The position numbers and the translations under genes are program-made. The notes under the pieces are model-generated. The model saw nothing but the letters and a program-made list of their open reading frames with translations, did no database searches and was not told the DNA's origin. A stretch of 64,000 bases of DNA, taken from NCBI GenBank assembly GCA_001794635.1, contig MGKE01000014.1, forward strand, positions 112,984 through 176,983. The letters run 5' to 3'. Numbering within the stretch: the first letter of the stretch is position 1; each line of letters starts with the position of its first letter. Positions 11,590 to 20,190 of this stretch are shown piece by piece. Source of the DNA: Candidatus Yanofskybacteria bacterium RIFCSPLOWO2_01_FULL_39_28 (lineage in GTDB: Bacteria; Patescibacteriota; Minisyncoccia; 2-02-FULL-40-12; GWA2-44-9).

Positions 11590-13509
11590 ATGGAAACGAT
11601 GCAGCATGCTTTCAAAAATGTTGGCACTGGCAGGGGGCAGAGTGCGACCAAACGGGCCGCGAACGAACTCAAGCCAGTCCCCACCCCGGCCCAGTTCAAG
11701 GCCATGGTGGAGTCGCGGCTGGCCAGGTTACGTCAAAGGACGACCCAACAGGCCGATGAGGAGGTGACGGAATACATAGCCGCCCTCAAGGGCCAGGAAG
11801 AGGAAGTTCTCTCTGCTATCGAGCAGGAGAATGAGCTCAAGGAAACGTTCCGTCAGGGCACGGTTGACCGGACGGACGCCGACCGACGGATCGCCGAGTA
11901 CACCGCCCTCAAGAACGAGATACAGGGTCAACTCCGGCAGTACGCCGGAGATCCTGAATACGCTCAGGCCTATCAGGATGCCTCACAGCTGATGAACACG
12001 CGTCGCCAGGCACAGGCCGCAGCCGATCAGATCGCCGAAGATCATCGTCGGGCCTACGAAGGCACCGAGGATCGTCCCCAGCCGTATGGCAAAGGGACGG
12101 CCGATGTCATCAACGCCGATGTGGAATCGGCGGTGGCTTCCAACTTCGTCGTCAAGACGGAGAAGGGAGAAACGGCGACCTTCACCTGGAAGGGCGTCGG
12201 CTACCGCTCGGTTCGGCCCGCCGACTCGATCGTATCCGCCCCAGCTCTGGAACTCGCCAACTTCATCGGCGAGTCCCAGAAGTTCCGCAACGAGCGGAAC
12301 GATGAGGTGGAGAACCGAGTCAGGTGCGACGGCTTCCTGATCTCGTTCAAGAGCGAACCCGATGGAAAGGGTGGCAAGCTCCCCTCGGAACTGGATCTGA
12401 TCCAGGAAGAGGTGGGGGTTTTCGTCAAGACCCTGACCGCGCTTTGTGCCGGCAAGGGCGAGAAGACTCTCGTCCGCCTGCCAGATCGGCAGGGCGAAGT
12501 GCTTCTGGAGCGAGTTGCTCCGGGATCATCGGATGCGTTCCTGACCCGGGCGACAAACGCCAGGGTGGCGGATCAGCTCTTCTACTGGGATGACCGCAAC
12601 AACCCGGGGGCAAGGGCCAAGAGGAAGATGTACGCCATCAACCTCAACGATCTCACTTTTGAGAACGTTCGTCCGGGCTGGTTCGGCGACGCCATGGCGG
12701 AGCAGATCCGCCGGGAAGCGCAGTCCCAGGAAAACTGGAAGAGGGCCGACGGCTTGCGGGATGTCTCGCAGGTTAAGTACCTCATCCCAGCCAACGGGCT
12801 AGCCTACCTTCGGGAAGTCGGCACGTGCGTCGTGGACGCTCGTCCGACTTTGATGATTGGTGGCCGTGAGCATCAGCATGAGCTGACGCTCCACATCATT
12901 GGTCTGGACAACGACGAATTCCAGGTCACGGAGTTTGTTCCGGGGACGGTTGAAAGACTGGACCCGGCGAAGACCTGGCTGGTACCTGCCATTGAAAAGC
13001 CCCAGCCACGCCGGCTCCTCCGCGAGGTAGCCGAGTGGAAGGAAGTCGTCAAAGCCAACTCGTGGTCAGACCGCGATTGGCAGGTCAATCGGGAAGCGGC
13101 ACAGCGCGGAGCTGTCGCCATAACCCGGGAGAACCAGAACGACTTCTGGGGCATCAATGAGGGCGAAGGCAAGGACGGTTTCTACACCGTCCGCGGCAAC
13201 GCCCGAGGACGGTTCCTCGAAAACGATTCGGTCGGTCGGCCGCAGTTTGAGCAACACGCGGCCGGATTCATCGTCCAGCGGACTAGTTCGGAAACGGACC
13301 AGCCGATGTTAGAGATCGTCTGGCACGTGCCCTACGGCAAATCGGCTGAAATCGCCAAGGGTAACCGTGGCAAGCTCCCGCTTGCCAACATCCCGAACCA
13401 AATCCGAGGAGTCCTCGGAAACGTCTACTACTTGGTCAACCGGACCAAGGGTGGACCTCGGGTGGCCACGCCGGCTCACCTCATTCCCGTCAAGCAGGTC
13501 AAGGAGTAA
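11590..13509 (+). CDS. island gene 3: large GC-rich hypothetical protein
   Basis: 639 aa. AGGAG lies 8 nt upstream of the ATG. N-terminal coiled-coil-like region, no motif recognised. One sampled line (12001-12060) is 39/60 G+C, against 25/60 at 8101-8160. Confidence 0.7.
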   Translation: METMQHAFKNVGTGRGQSATKRAANELKPVPTPAQFKAMVESRLARLRQRTTQQADEEVTEYIAALKGQEEEVLSAIEQENELKETFRQGTVDRTDADRRIAEYTALKNEIQGQLRQYAGDPEYAQAYQDASQLMNTRRQAQAAADQIAEDHRRAYEGTEDRPQPYGKGTADVINADVESAVASNFVVKTEKGETATFTWKGVGYRSVRPADSIVSAPALELANFIGESQKFRNERNDEVENRVRCDGFLISFKSEPDGKGGKLPSELDLIQEEVGVFVKTLTALCAGKGEKTLVRLPDRQGEVLLERVAPGSSDAFLTRATNARVADQLFYWDDRNNPGARAKRKMYAINLNDLTFENVRPGWFGDAMAEQIRREAQSQENWKRADGLRDVSQVKYLIPANGLAYLREVGTCVVDARPTLMIGGREHQHELTLHIIGLDNDEFQVTEFVPGTVERLDPAKTWLVPAIEKPQPRRLLREVAEWKEVVKANSWSDRDWQVNREAAQRGAVAITRENQNDFWGINEGEGKDGFYTVRGNARGRFLENDSVGRPQFEQHAAGFIVQRTSSETDQPMLEIVWHVPYGKSAEIAKGNRGKLPLANIPNQIRGVLGNVYYLVNRTKGGPRVATPAHLIPVKQVKE

Positions 13510-13531
13510 CAACTCCAAGGCCTGAACACCA

Positions 13532-13576
13532 AACCCCTCATCCAGCACACAGCTGGATGAGGGGTTGTTCTTTTTT
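13532..13576 (+). terminator. strong rho-independent terminator after island gene 3
   Basis: aacccctcatccagc-acaca-gctggatgaggggtt followed by gttctttttt. Confidence 0.85.
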
Positions 13577-13584
13577 ATAAAGTA

Positions 13585-13593
13585 TGGTATAAT
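13585..13593 (+). promoter_or_regulatory. extended -10 promoter element for island gene 4
   Basis: TGgTATAAT, embedded in the palindrome ggtataatacc. Confidence 0.45.
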
Positions 13594-13679
13594 ACCACCA
13601 TCTATGAAAGGATTGTATCTTTAACAAAAAAGGCCTAAACGGCCGGACCAAGTAAAACTTGGCCCAAAGGAGAGACGGG

Positions 13680-14729
13680 TTGGAAACAGCACTGGCAGTT
13701 GAGACTGGGACAAAATTCGGTGGCGTTGTAACGCCCCACAATCCTAGAACTGATGAAATTTCTGCCATTGTTCTTTTGGAACGGCTTTCAGGAAATCCTG
13801 TCACTGAAATCAAGTTGTGGGGACATCCAGAATGTTCCTGGACCAAAATTGATGAATTTGTCGCTTCTGGACTTATGCCGATTGAAATTGGCGACCTTGG
13901 TTACCAATCTGTTAATCTTAGTTCGGCAGCAGAGGCGGTAGTAGCAATGCTGGGTTATGAGAAAGAACAACTAAAACCCAGCGAGGTCAATTTATTAGAC
14001 ATGCTGGCTCGACGCAACCGCGACGGCTACATGAACCAGTTTCATATGAGTCTGCCTCGTATCCTGAAAGATCTTTACGATCTGCCGGAATATGATGAGC
14101 TTGACCTCATCTCAAGGTTCAAAGATGTCGTCCACGCTTTTCTGGAAGATGAGGACCTGGAAGATTCGTACGAACAAGATAAAGCAGGTAGTGAGATTAC
14201 CCAGCTTCAAGATCTGGTTACAGCTACTGTTCGCTGCCAATTTACTCCACTAACTCCTGGCCGCTATCTGCGTGACCTGTGGCGCCGAGGCGAACCGGCC
14301 GACCAAATTCGGGTAAAAGTTGAATTCTGGATCAACGCTTGGAACCGCTGGCAGACAGAGTTCCGAAACGCCCAGCACGAGTGGCCGAGAGTGGATAAAC
14401 TCCGCTTCACCTTCAATGGTTTGGACGGAGCGGCGGCAATACAGACTGCCAACCGATTCTTCCCGAAGGTTTGTTTCGGTAAAGACCAGCCGGGAAAGGT
14501 TGACCTGTTGATCATTCAAGGTCCCAGCGGCCACACAGCTATCATGACCAAGAAAAGGAACGTCTCGGCCTTGTTCCAGGAGTTGAACAATCTAGAACCT
14601 GGACGATGGCATCTCCATCAGTCCGCCGGACAACTCATCAACGGCGGACCAATGTTCCCAGAAATTACACCGACGAGCTTGTCTCTTGCCCAGCTTGCCG
14701 GCTTGGTAGCAAAGTTTACGCCGAGATAG
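13680..14729 (+). CDS. island gene 4: degenerate paralog of the MYG1/DHH-like domain of gene 6
   Basis: I place the start at TTG 13680, 6 nt after AAGGAGA (the track starts at TTG 13659). It aligns by eye with the gene-6 C-terminal region: VVTPHNPRTDEISAIVLL vs IILPTRPQPDTIVAIFIL, LLDMLARRNRDG vs LLEYARRDDFFG, and W..LINGGPMFPEITPT vs W..IQNGGLNPKEINPT. It reads IGDLGYQSVN where gene 6 has DLGGGRFDHH. Confidence 0.6.
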   Translation: METALAVETGTKFGGVVTPHNPRTDEISAIVLLERLSGNPVTEIKLWGHPECSWTKIDEFVASGLMPIEIGDLGYQSVNLSSAAEAVVAMLGYEKEQLKPSEVNLLDMLARRNRDGYMNQFHMSLPRILKDLYDLPEYDELDLISRFKDVVHAFLEDEDLEDSYEQDKAGSEITQLQDLVTATVRCQFTPLTPGRYLRDLWRRGEPADQIRVKVEFWINAWNRWQTEFRNAQHEWPRVDKLRFTFNGLDGAAAIQTANRFFPKVCFGKDQPGKVDLLIIQGPSGHTAIMTKKRNVSALFQELNNLEPGRWHLHQSAGQLINGGPMFPEITPTSLSLAQLAGLVAKFTPR

Positions 14730-14738
14730 AACGACGAA

Positions 14739-14781
14739 GCCCCGACAGGTTTACATGAATCTCATGTAAACCTGTCGGGGC
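14739..14781. terminator. bidirectional hairpin terminator between convergent island genes 4 and 5
   Basis: Perfect 20-bp stem gccccgacaggtttacatga / tcatgtaaacctgtcggggc with a 3-nt loop. Confidence 0.75.
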
Positions 14782-14797
14782 ATTTAAATTGGTTCAA

Positions 14798-15946
14798 TCA
14801 CCAAATCTCCAGAAAATTAAGTGACTGAAGTGATTGGAGGTAGCGAACTTGGCAGTCTTTGCGAACCTGATTCATAACCTCATAAGAAAGATGGCGAATG
14901 AAGTTTAAGAAAAATAACAGCAAATTCTGATCGCTGGTCAAATCGTGTAACAATTTGACGTAATAAGTCTCCTCTTGCGGTGTCAGTTCCTTTCTCATTA
15001 AGGGTTTGTCCAAACAACCCTGGAGAGCTGGCCAAAAGCAGGACTCCATCGTTTTTTCAACCCAACTCATCTCACTCTGACTGCTTGCCAGTTTATCCAC
15101 AGCCAAAAGAAAGAGACTAACTTGACGACAAGGTATCCTGCCTTGAAGTTCTAAAAATATTTCGTTAAGTTTTGGTTTCAGCTTATCAATCAGCTTCAGG
15201 ATTAATAGTTCTAGCTTGGTTAATCGGCCTGGTCCAAACTTGGTTTCCGGCCTAAACTCGGGCCAAATCTGTTTTGCAATGAAAAGCGCCTCTTCGTAGC
15301 TAAACTCCAATTCAACCAGTTTCCATCCTTTAGGGATATCGTTCTTAAACCGAGTCGCTTCTCCAAAAGGAACAACAAGCACTCGCTCAAACTCCTCTGG
15401 AACAACCAGTTTTCTTTTCCTGAAAAAGTCGTGGGTCGCCTTGCCTCCTTCAAGATCCTGAGCAAAGTGACGAAGAGCGATTTCTTGACGCCCCGGCTGC
15501 CAGCGCCTCTCTCGAAAGGCTTCGTATGATGTCTTGACTTCGCCTATACCGCGAACGGTAATTCTTCGGCCGACATAGTCCAGCCAAATAAAGTCACTGT
15601 TGGCCTGACCCCCTTCGTGAAGAACAGAAGTAACCAGTTGGCTAGCTACCTCGCCACGATCAGTGTTGTGGGACAGCTTTGAAGAAAAGTGTGCCAACCC
15701 CTCAACCACAAAACCGAAACCCGAGAAGTCAGGTCTAGTAGGATCACAGCCAGTCGACCCAAACCGACTCTGGAGATAAGGAACCTCCTTCTTCCAGAAC
15801 TCCCTCAAAATATCCCATTTTGTCATAATCGGCGCGCTGTTGAAGCTGTAAGCCGATGATAACAAAAGGTCATTAAAACAAGACAATAAATCAGCTGGCA
15901 GTTGAACAGATACGGATCTAGACGCCACCGACGACTTTTCAGACAT
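14798..15946 (-). CDS. island gene 5: PD-(D/E)XK-type nuclease-like N-terminal domain plus unknown helical C-terminal domain
   Basis: 382 aa. FIWLDYVGRRITVRGIGEVKT gives the D...E-x-K spacing typical of restriction-endonuclease-like folds. GGAGGTG SD lies upstream. Confidence 0.6.
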   Translation of the reverse strand: MSEKSSVASRSVSVQLPADLLSCFNDLLLSSAYSFNSAPIMTKWDILREFWKKEVPYLQSRFGSTGCDPTRPDFSGFGFVVEGLAHFSSKLSHNTDRGEVASQLVTSVLHEGGQANSDFIWLDYVGRRITVRGIGEVKTSYEAFRERRWQPGRQEIALRHFAQDLEGGKATHDFFRKRKLVVPEEFERVLVVPFGEATRFKNDIPKGWKLVELEFSYEEALFIAKQIWPEFRPETKFGPGRLTKLELLILKLIDKLKPKLNEIFLELQGRIPCRQVSLFLLAVDKLASSQSEMSWVEKTMESCFWPALQGCLDKPLMRKELTPQEETYYVKLLHDLTSDQNLLLFFLNFIRHLSYEVMNQVRKDCQVRYLQSLQSLNFLEIW

Positions 15947-15974
15947 CTTTGGCCCACCTCCATGGGCTCTAAAA

Positions 15975-16003
15975 TTGACAAATTGCTTACTTTATAGTAT
16001 ACT
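15975..16003 (+). promoter_or_regulatory. near-consensus promoter for gene 6, in a shared divergent control region with gene 5
   Basis: TTGACA-17 nt-TATACT. The 10-bp palindrome TAGTATACTA (15995-16004) overlaps the -10. A TATAAT on the minus strand (16006-11) faces gene 5. Confidence 0.55.
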
Positions 16004-16052
16004 ACATTATACCCGACAAGGCAATAGTGCTATATTTTATAAGAATAAAGCC

Positions 16053-17564
16053 ATGTTTACTGCAAAACCAATTTTTAATCCAGAAAAAAACACCCTTCTT
16101 TTGGAAATAAAGGGAAATTTACCCGACCTTATTCTGGACGGTGATTTGGCGTTAAAAATTGAGCGCAAAGGATTTGAAAAAAGAAAAGAGCTCCACATAA
16201 CCGTTTTGGGGTTCAAAAGCGGAAAAAGGATTAGAGAGGCTTTGGAAAAAATACCGGACAAAGAAACAATAATTGAAGCACTGATCGGTATGGCCGAAAA
16301 CACCGAATGGACTTTTGACGTTAATCCTGAAAGATTCCATATCTCAAAAAATGAAAGGGAATCAATAATTCAGATGGTAAAACTGGATGGCATTGATAAT
16401 TTTTTTGACAGATTAAACGGATTATTAAACACCGACATAGAAACTCCTCCGCCTCACATAACTTTATATACCAAAGGTGTAGATGAAAGAAGTGGGATGA
16501 GCGGTATCGGCATAAATTCCCAAGAAGAATTTGAAAAACTAAATCCAAGGCCAGTCATTGCTCAAAAACCGGATAAGCCAGCCGGGGCAAAAGTTTATAC
16601 CAAAATCATTCTGCCGACTCGTCCGCAACCGGATACCATTGTTGCTATTTTCATATTGAAAAAATTCGGTGAAGAAATATTCCCCGGTATCAAAACAGCG
16701 TCTGTTGATTTCTGGCAAGTGCCGCCAGAAAAAGAAACGGAAGAATCACTGGACAAAAAGGGTATAATTTTGATTGACCTCGGCGGAGGCAGGTTTGACC
16801 ACCACGCCATAAAACCCCAGACAACCGCTTCTGACTTAATATCTTCTCATTTGGGAGTTGCTGATGATTCCGCCTTAGCTAAACTTTTAGAATACGCCCG
16901 CAGGGATGACTTTTTCGGCAAAGGAACTGTTTCCGAAGATCCGATAGATAGGGCTTTTGGCTTATCTTCAATGATAGCCGTCCTAAACAAAAGTTTGGTT
17001 AAAAATCCGGCCAAAGTTGTTGAACTTATCCTTCCTCTTCTGATTGCCCACTACAATGAAGAGGTGAAAAGAACTAAAGAACTGCCGGAAGAATTTGAAA
17101 AAAAACTTTCAAGTGGAGAAGCTGAAACTTTTCCAGTCAGACAGAGAGATAAAAAATTAAAAGTCGTTATTGTTAATTCAGAAAGCGGCAGTCTGGCCGG
17201 TTACCTGCGTTCCCAAAACGGTGGCCGGTTTGACGTCGTCGCCCAATGGCTGCCTTCCAGCCACGTAAACATTTTAACTCGCCCAACTAAAAGAATTGAC
17301 TTGAGGTCTCTTGCTGCTTTGTTGAGATTAGAGGAAGCCACTGCTTCGGGTCTAGATTTAACTTTGAGTGTCCGAAGTTTAGCCGGTTACGGAAGAATAA
17401 AAGAAATCCCTGAATGGTATTATGATCCAGCCACCAACTCTATTCAAAACGGCGGACTAAACCCAAAGGAAATAAACCCGACCAAAATACCCAGAGATAA
17501 ATTTAAAAAAATAATAGAACTTGGGCTTTCCGAACAGCTTTGGAGCCCAAGAGAACAATATTGA
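16053..17564 (+). CDS. gene 6: 2H phosphoesterase (LigT-like) domain fused to a MYG1/UPF0160 (DHH-type)-like domain
   Basis: Start moved to ATG 16053 (MFTAKPIF). It has two H-x-T motifs, LHITVLG and PHITLYT, about 85 aa apart. The later ILIDLGGGRFDHHA and TASDLISSHLG resemble MYG1 DVGGxYDxxxxRYDHHQ...SSAGLIY. Confidence 0.65.
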   Translation: MFTAKPIFNPEKNTLLLEIKGNLPDLILDGDLALKIERKGFEKRKELHITVLGFKSGKRIREALEKIPDKETIIEALIGMAENTEWTFDVNPERFHISKNERESIIQMVKLDGIDNFFDRLNGLLNTDIETPPPHITLYTKGVDERSGMSGIGINSQEEFEKLNPRPVIAQKPDKPAGAKVYTKIILPTRPQPDTIVAIFILKKFGEEIFPGIKTASVDFWQVPPEKETEESLDKKGIILIDLGGGRFDHHAIKPQTTASDLISSHLGVADDSALAKLLEYARRDDFFGKGTVSEDPIDRAFGLSSMIAVLNKSLVKNPAKVVELILPLLIAHYNEEVKRTKELPEEFEKKLSSGEAETFPVRQRDKKLKVVIVNSESGSLAGYLRSQNGGRFDVVAQWLPSSHVNILTRPTKRIDLRSLAALLRLEEATASGLDLTLSVRSLAGYGRIKEIPEWYYDPATNSIQNGGLNPKEINPTKIPRDKFKKIIELGLSEQLWSPREQY

Positions 17565-17598
17565 TTAAAGTTTATTTTTTAATATAATAACTGTCTAT

Positions 17599-19410
17599 AT
17601 GAAAATCTTCGTTAAATATGTTTCAATTGTTTTTCTTATCCTTTTGGCGGCCACATCATTGGTTGTACTTTTTGAATCGTCCCAAAAAGAAAAGGCGGTC
17701 ATTCCCCTTTCCGAACTGGTGGCCAAAATAAATGCAGGTGAAGTTAGGCAGATAGATGTCAAGGGGGAGTCGCTGGAAATAATCTTAAATAACGACGAAA
17801 CTATCCTAGCCAAAAAAGAAGTGGGTGTTTCTGTTTTTGAAACCTTATTAAACGTCGGGGCCGAAAGAGAAAAACTTGCCCAGACCAAAATAGAAATCAA
17901 AGAGCCCTCCGGAACAATGGTTGTATTGTCTAATGTTTTGCCGGCTATTTTGCCTTTTGCTTTAATAATTTTCATCTTCTGGTTCATGTTCCGCCAGGCC
18001 CAAAAAGGTTCAATGCAAGCGTTCAGTTTTGGAAAAACAAAAGCCCGTTTGGCCGGTTTAACCAACGGCAAGAAAACTATGTTCAAAGATGTGGCTGGTT
18101 TGGTTGAAGCCAAAGAAGAAATATCCGAAGTAGTTGAATTCTTGAAAGACCCTAAAAAATTCCACAAACTCGGTGCCCGTATTCCAAGAGGGATACTTCT
18201 CATCGGCACTCCCGGCACCGGCAAAACCATGCTGGCCAAAGCCGTCGCCAACGAAGCCAATGTCCCCTTCTACTTCGTATCCGGTTCGGAATTTGTTGAA
18301 ATGTTCGTCGGTGTCGGCGCCAATCGCGTCCGCGATACTTTTGAAATGGCCAAGAAAACCGCTCCCTCAATTATTTTTATTGACGAGATAGACGCTGTCG
18401 GCCGGCACCGAGGTGCCGGTCTTGGCGGAGGCCACGACGAAAGAGAACAAACCCTCAACCAAATCTTAGTTGAAATGGATGGTTTTGAAACTAATGATGC
18501 TTGTATAGTCATGGCCGCAACTAACCGACCGGATATTCTTGATCCGGCCTTACTAAGGCCTGGGCGTTTTGACCGAAGAGTTATTCTTGACGATCCCTCA
18601 ATGAAAGACCGAGAAGCTATTTTGAAAATACACACCCTTGATAAGCCACTGGCAAAAGATGTAAATCTCAAAGTTGTCGCCGAGCGAACACCGGGATTTT
18701 CTGGAGCTGACTTAGCTAACCTAGTCAATGAAGGCGCCATTCTAGCCGCTCGCAAAAATAGAAACGATATAACCCAGGAGAATATGCTTCAAGCCATAGA
18801 AAAAGTAATGCTTGGCCCCGAAAGACGCTCCCATGTTTTCAGTAAAAAAGAAAAAGAAATCGCCGCCTATCATGAGGCCGGCCATGCTATTGTTGCCACC
18901 TTCCTCCCTCATACTGACCCCGTCCACAAAGTCTCTATTATCTCCCGAGGCCGGGCCGGAGGTTATACTTTAAAACTTCCGACCGAAGACAAGCATCTCC
19001 GCTCTCGTTCCGAATTTGAATCAGAATTGGCTGTTTTACTTGGCGGTTATACGGCTGAAAAATTAGTTTTTAAAGAACTGACCACCGGCGCTTCCAATGA
19101 TCTTAAAGTCGCCTCCGAACTTGCCCGTAAAATGGTTACTCAATATGGCATGTCGGACAAGCTTGGACCGGTAAATTACAAGCAAGGCGAAGAACTTGTT
19201 TTCTTGGGCAAAGAAATGGCCGGTGAAAAACTATATTCCGAAACAATTGCTTTTGAGATTGACAAGGAGATCAAAAGATTAATAGTTGATGGCATGAAAA
19301 AAGCTAAAGAAGTTATTACTAAAAAAATGGATACTCTGACCAAAGTTGCCAAAACACTAATTGAAAAAGAAACTCTGGAACAAAAAGAGTACTTCGCTTT
19401 GGTAAAATAG
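17599..19410 (+). CDS. ftsH: ATP-dependent zinc metalloprotease FtsH
   Basis: 603 aa. Walker A GTPGTGKT, the SRH region, and the HEAGHA zinc motif. Confidence 0.97.
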   Translation: MKIFVKYVSIVFLILLAATSLVVLFESSQKEKAVIPLSELVAKINAGEVRQIDVKGESLEIILNNDETILAKKEVGVSVFETLLNVGAEREKLAQTKIEIKEPSGTMVVLSNVLPAILPFALIIFIFWFMFRQAQKGSMQAFSFGKTKARLAGLTNGKKTMFKDVAGLVEAKEEISEVVEFLKDPKKFHKLGARIPRGILLIGTPGTGKTMLAKAVANEANVPFYFVSGSEFVEMFVGVGANRVRDTFEMAKKTAPSIIFIDEIDAVGRHRGAGLGGGHDEREQTLNQILVEMDGFETNDACIVMAATNRPDILDPALLRPGRFDRRVILDDPSMKDREAILKIHTLDKPLAKDVNLKVVAERTPGFSGADLANLVNEGAILAARKNRNDITQENMLQAIEKVMLGPERRSHVFSKKEKEIAAYHEAGHAIVATFLPHTDPVHKVSIISRGRAGGYTLKLPTEDKHLRSRSEFESELAVLLGGYTAEKLVFKELTTGASNDLKVASELARKMVTQYGMSDKLGPVNYKQGEELVFLGKEMAGEKLYSETIAFEIDKEIKRLIVDGMKKAKEVITKKMDTLTKVAKTLIEKETLEQKEYFALVK

Positions 19411-19415
19411 TTACT

Positions 19416-19513
19416 CAGCTTCGCCCGTTCAGGGCACGATGTAAATTTTTGCTAAAATTTCATCTTTTACTCGGCCCAGTCGGCCTCCGTAAATCCCTTC
19501 ACGGGCTGGAAGC
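19416..19513 (+). repeat. three-way-junction intergenic element, copy C
   Basis: cagcttcgcccgt...agggcac-gatgtaaatttttgctaaaatttcatc-ttttactc-ggcccagtcggcc-tccgtaaatccct...acgggctggaagc. Starts 6 nt after the ftsH stop. Confidence 0.85.
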
Positions 19514-19582
19514 CTCGTACTATTTTACATAATTTTTCGTTGACCAGATATAATTTTGGCGGTAAAATAAAGGATGTTTTGA

Positions 19583-19656
19583 GGGTGTGTAGCTCAGCTG
19601 GTTAGAGCATTTCACTTATAATGAAAAGGTCCCTGGTTCAAATCCAGGCACACCCA
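19583..19656 (+). tRNA. tRNA-Ile(UAU)
   Basis: Hand-folded cloverleaf with acceptor gggtgtg/cacaccc, anticodon stem tttca/tgaaa and loop cuUAUaa. No encoded CCA. Confidence 0.85.
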
Positions 19657-19660
19657 CATT

Positions 19661-19733
19661 GGGCGGTTAGCTCAGTTGGTAGAGCGCTTCCTTTACACGG
19701 AAGATGTCGAGGGTTCGAGTCCTTCACCGCCCA
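19661..19733 (+). tRNA. tRNA-Val(UAC)
   Basis: Acceptor gggcggt/accgccc, anticodon stem cttcc/ggaag, loop ttUACac. Confidence 0.9.
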
Positions 19734-19791
19734 CTTTGTTTTTAATAAATTAACCGAGTCCCGCAGTGCGCACTAGAAGTAACTTTTTATA

Positions 19792-20190
19792 ATGATCATT
19801 TTATTAGCTGATGCCCTAACAGCAATTCATACCATTCTAATCTTGTCTGTTTTTATCGGAATATTTCTGAGTATCAGAATAAAAAGGTTCCGACCCATTG
19901 AAGCTCTAGTTTTATTGGTCGCCATAGTTATTTGGTCTCTTTACGAAGAATGTCCACTTACTTCAGCAGAAGTCTACCTAAGAAATTTATCCGGACAAGT
20001 TACTTCATTAGGCGAAGTTGGTTTTATTGCTTATTATTTAAGCATTTGGTTTAATCTATCAATTTATCCAACAACAATAACTTTTCTTACCTATGTAATT
20101 GCTTTTATATTTCTCTTATTAAGCATAGCGTGGGAATTGCCCTATCTTAAGAGACTACGACAACAAATACATAGATCGGAAAAACCATGA
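19792..20190 (+). CDS. integral membrane protein, function unknown
   Basis: 132 aa with four hydrophobic segments. Confidence 0.5.
   Translation: MIILLADALTAIHTILILSVFIGIFLSIRIKRFRPIEALVLLVAIVIWSLYEECPLTSAEVYLRNLSGQVTSLGEVGFIAYYLSIWFNLSIYPTTITFLTYVIAFIFLLLSIAWELPYLKRLRQQIHRSEKP

Noticed and set aside
11447-13548. About 15 overlapping ORFs of 60-106 aa on both strands within the span of island gene 3.
   Set aside because: These are shadow ORFs expected in GC-rich sequence with few stop codons. All are nested in or antisense to the 639-aa ORF, which has the RBS, promoter and terminator.
17595-18755. 221-aa and 161-aa ORFs antisense to ftsH.
   Set aside because: They are fully contained in the strongly supported ftsH CDS. 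They have a low-complexity Ser/Ala/Pro composition and no start context.
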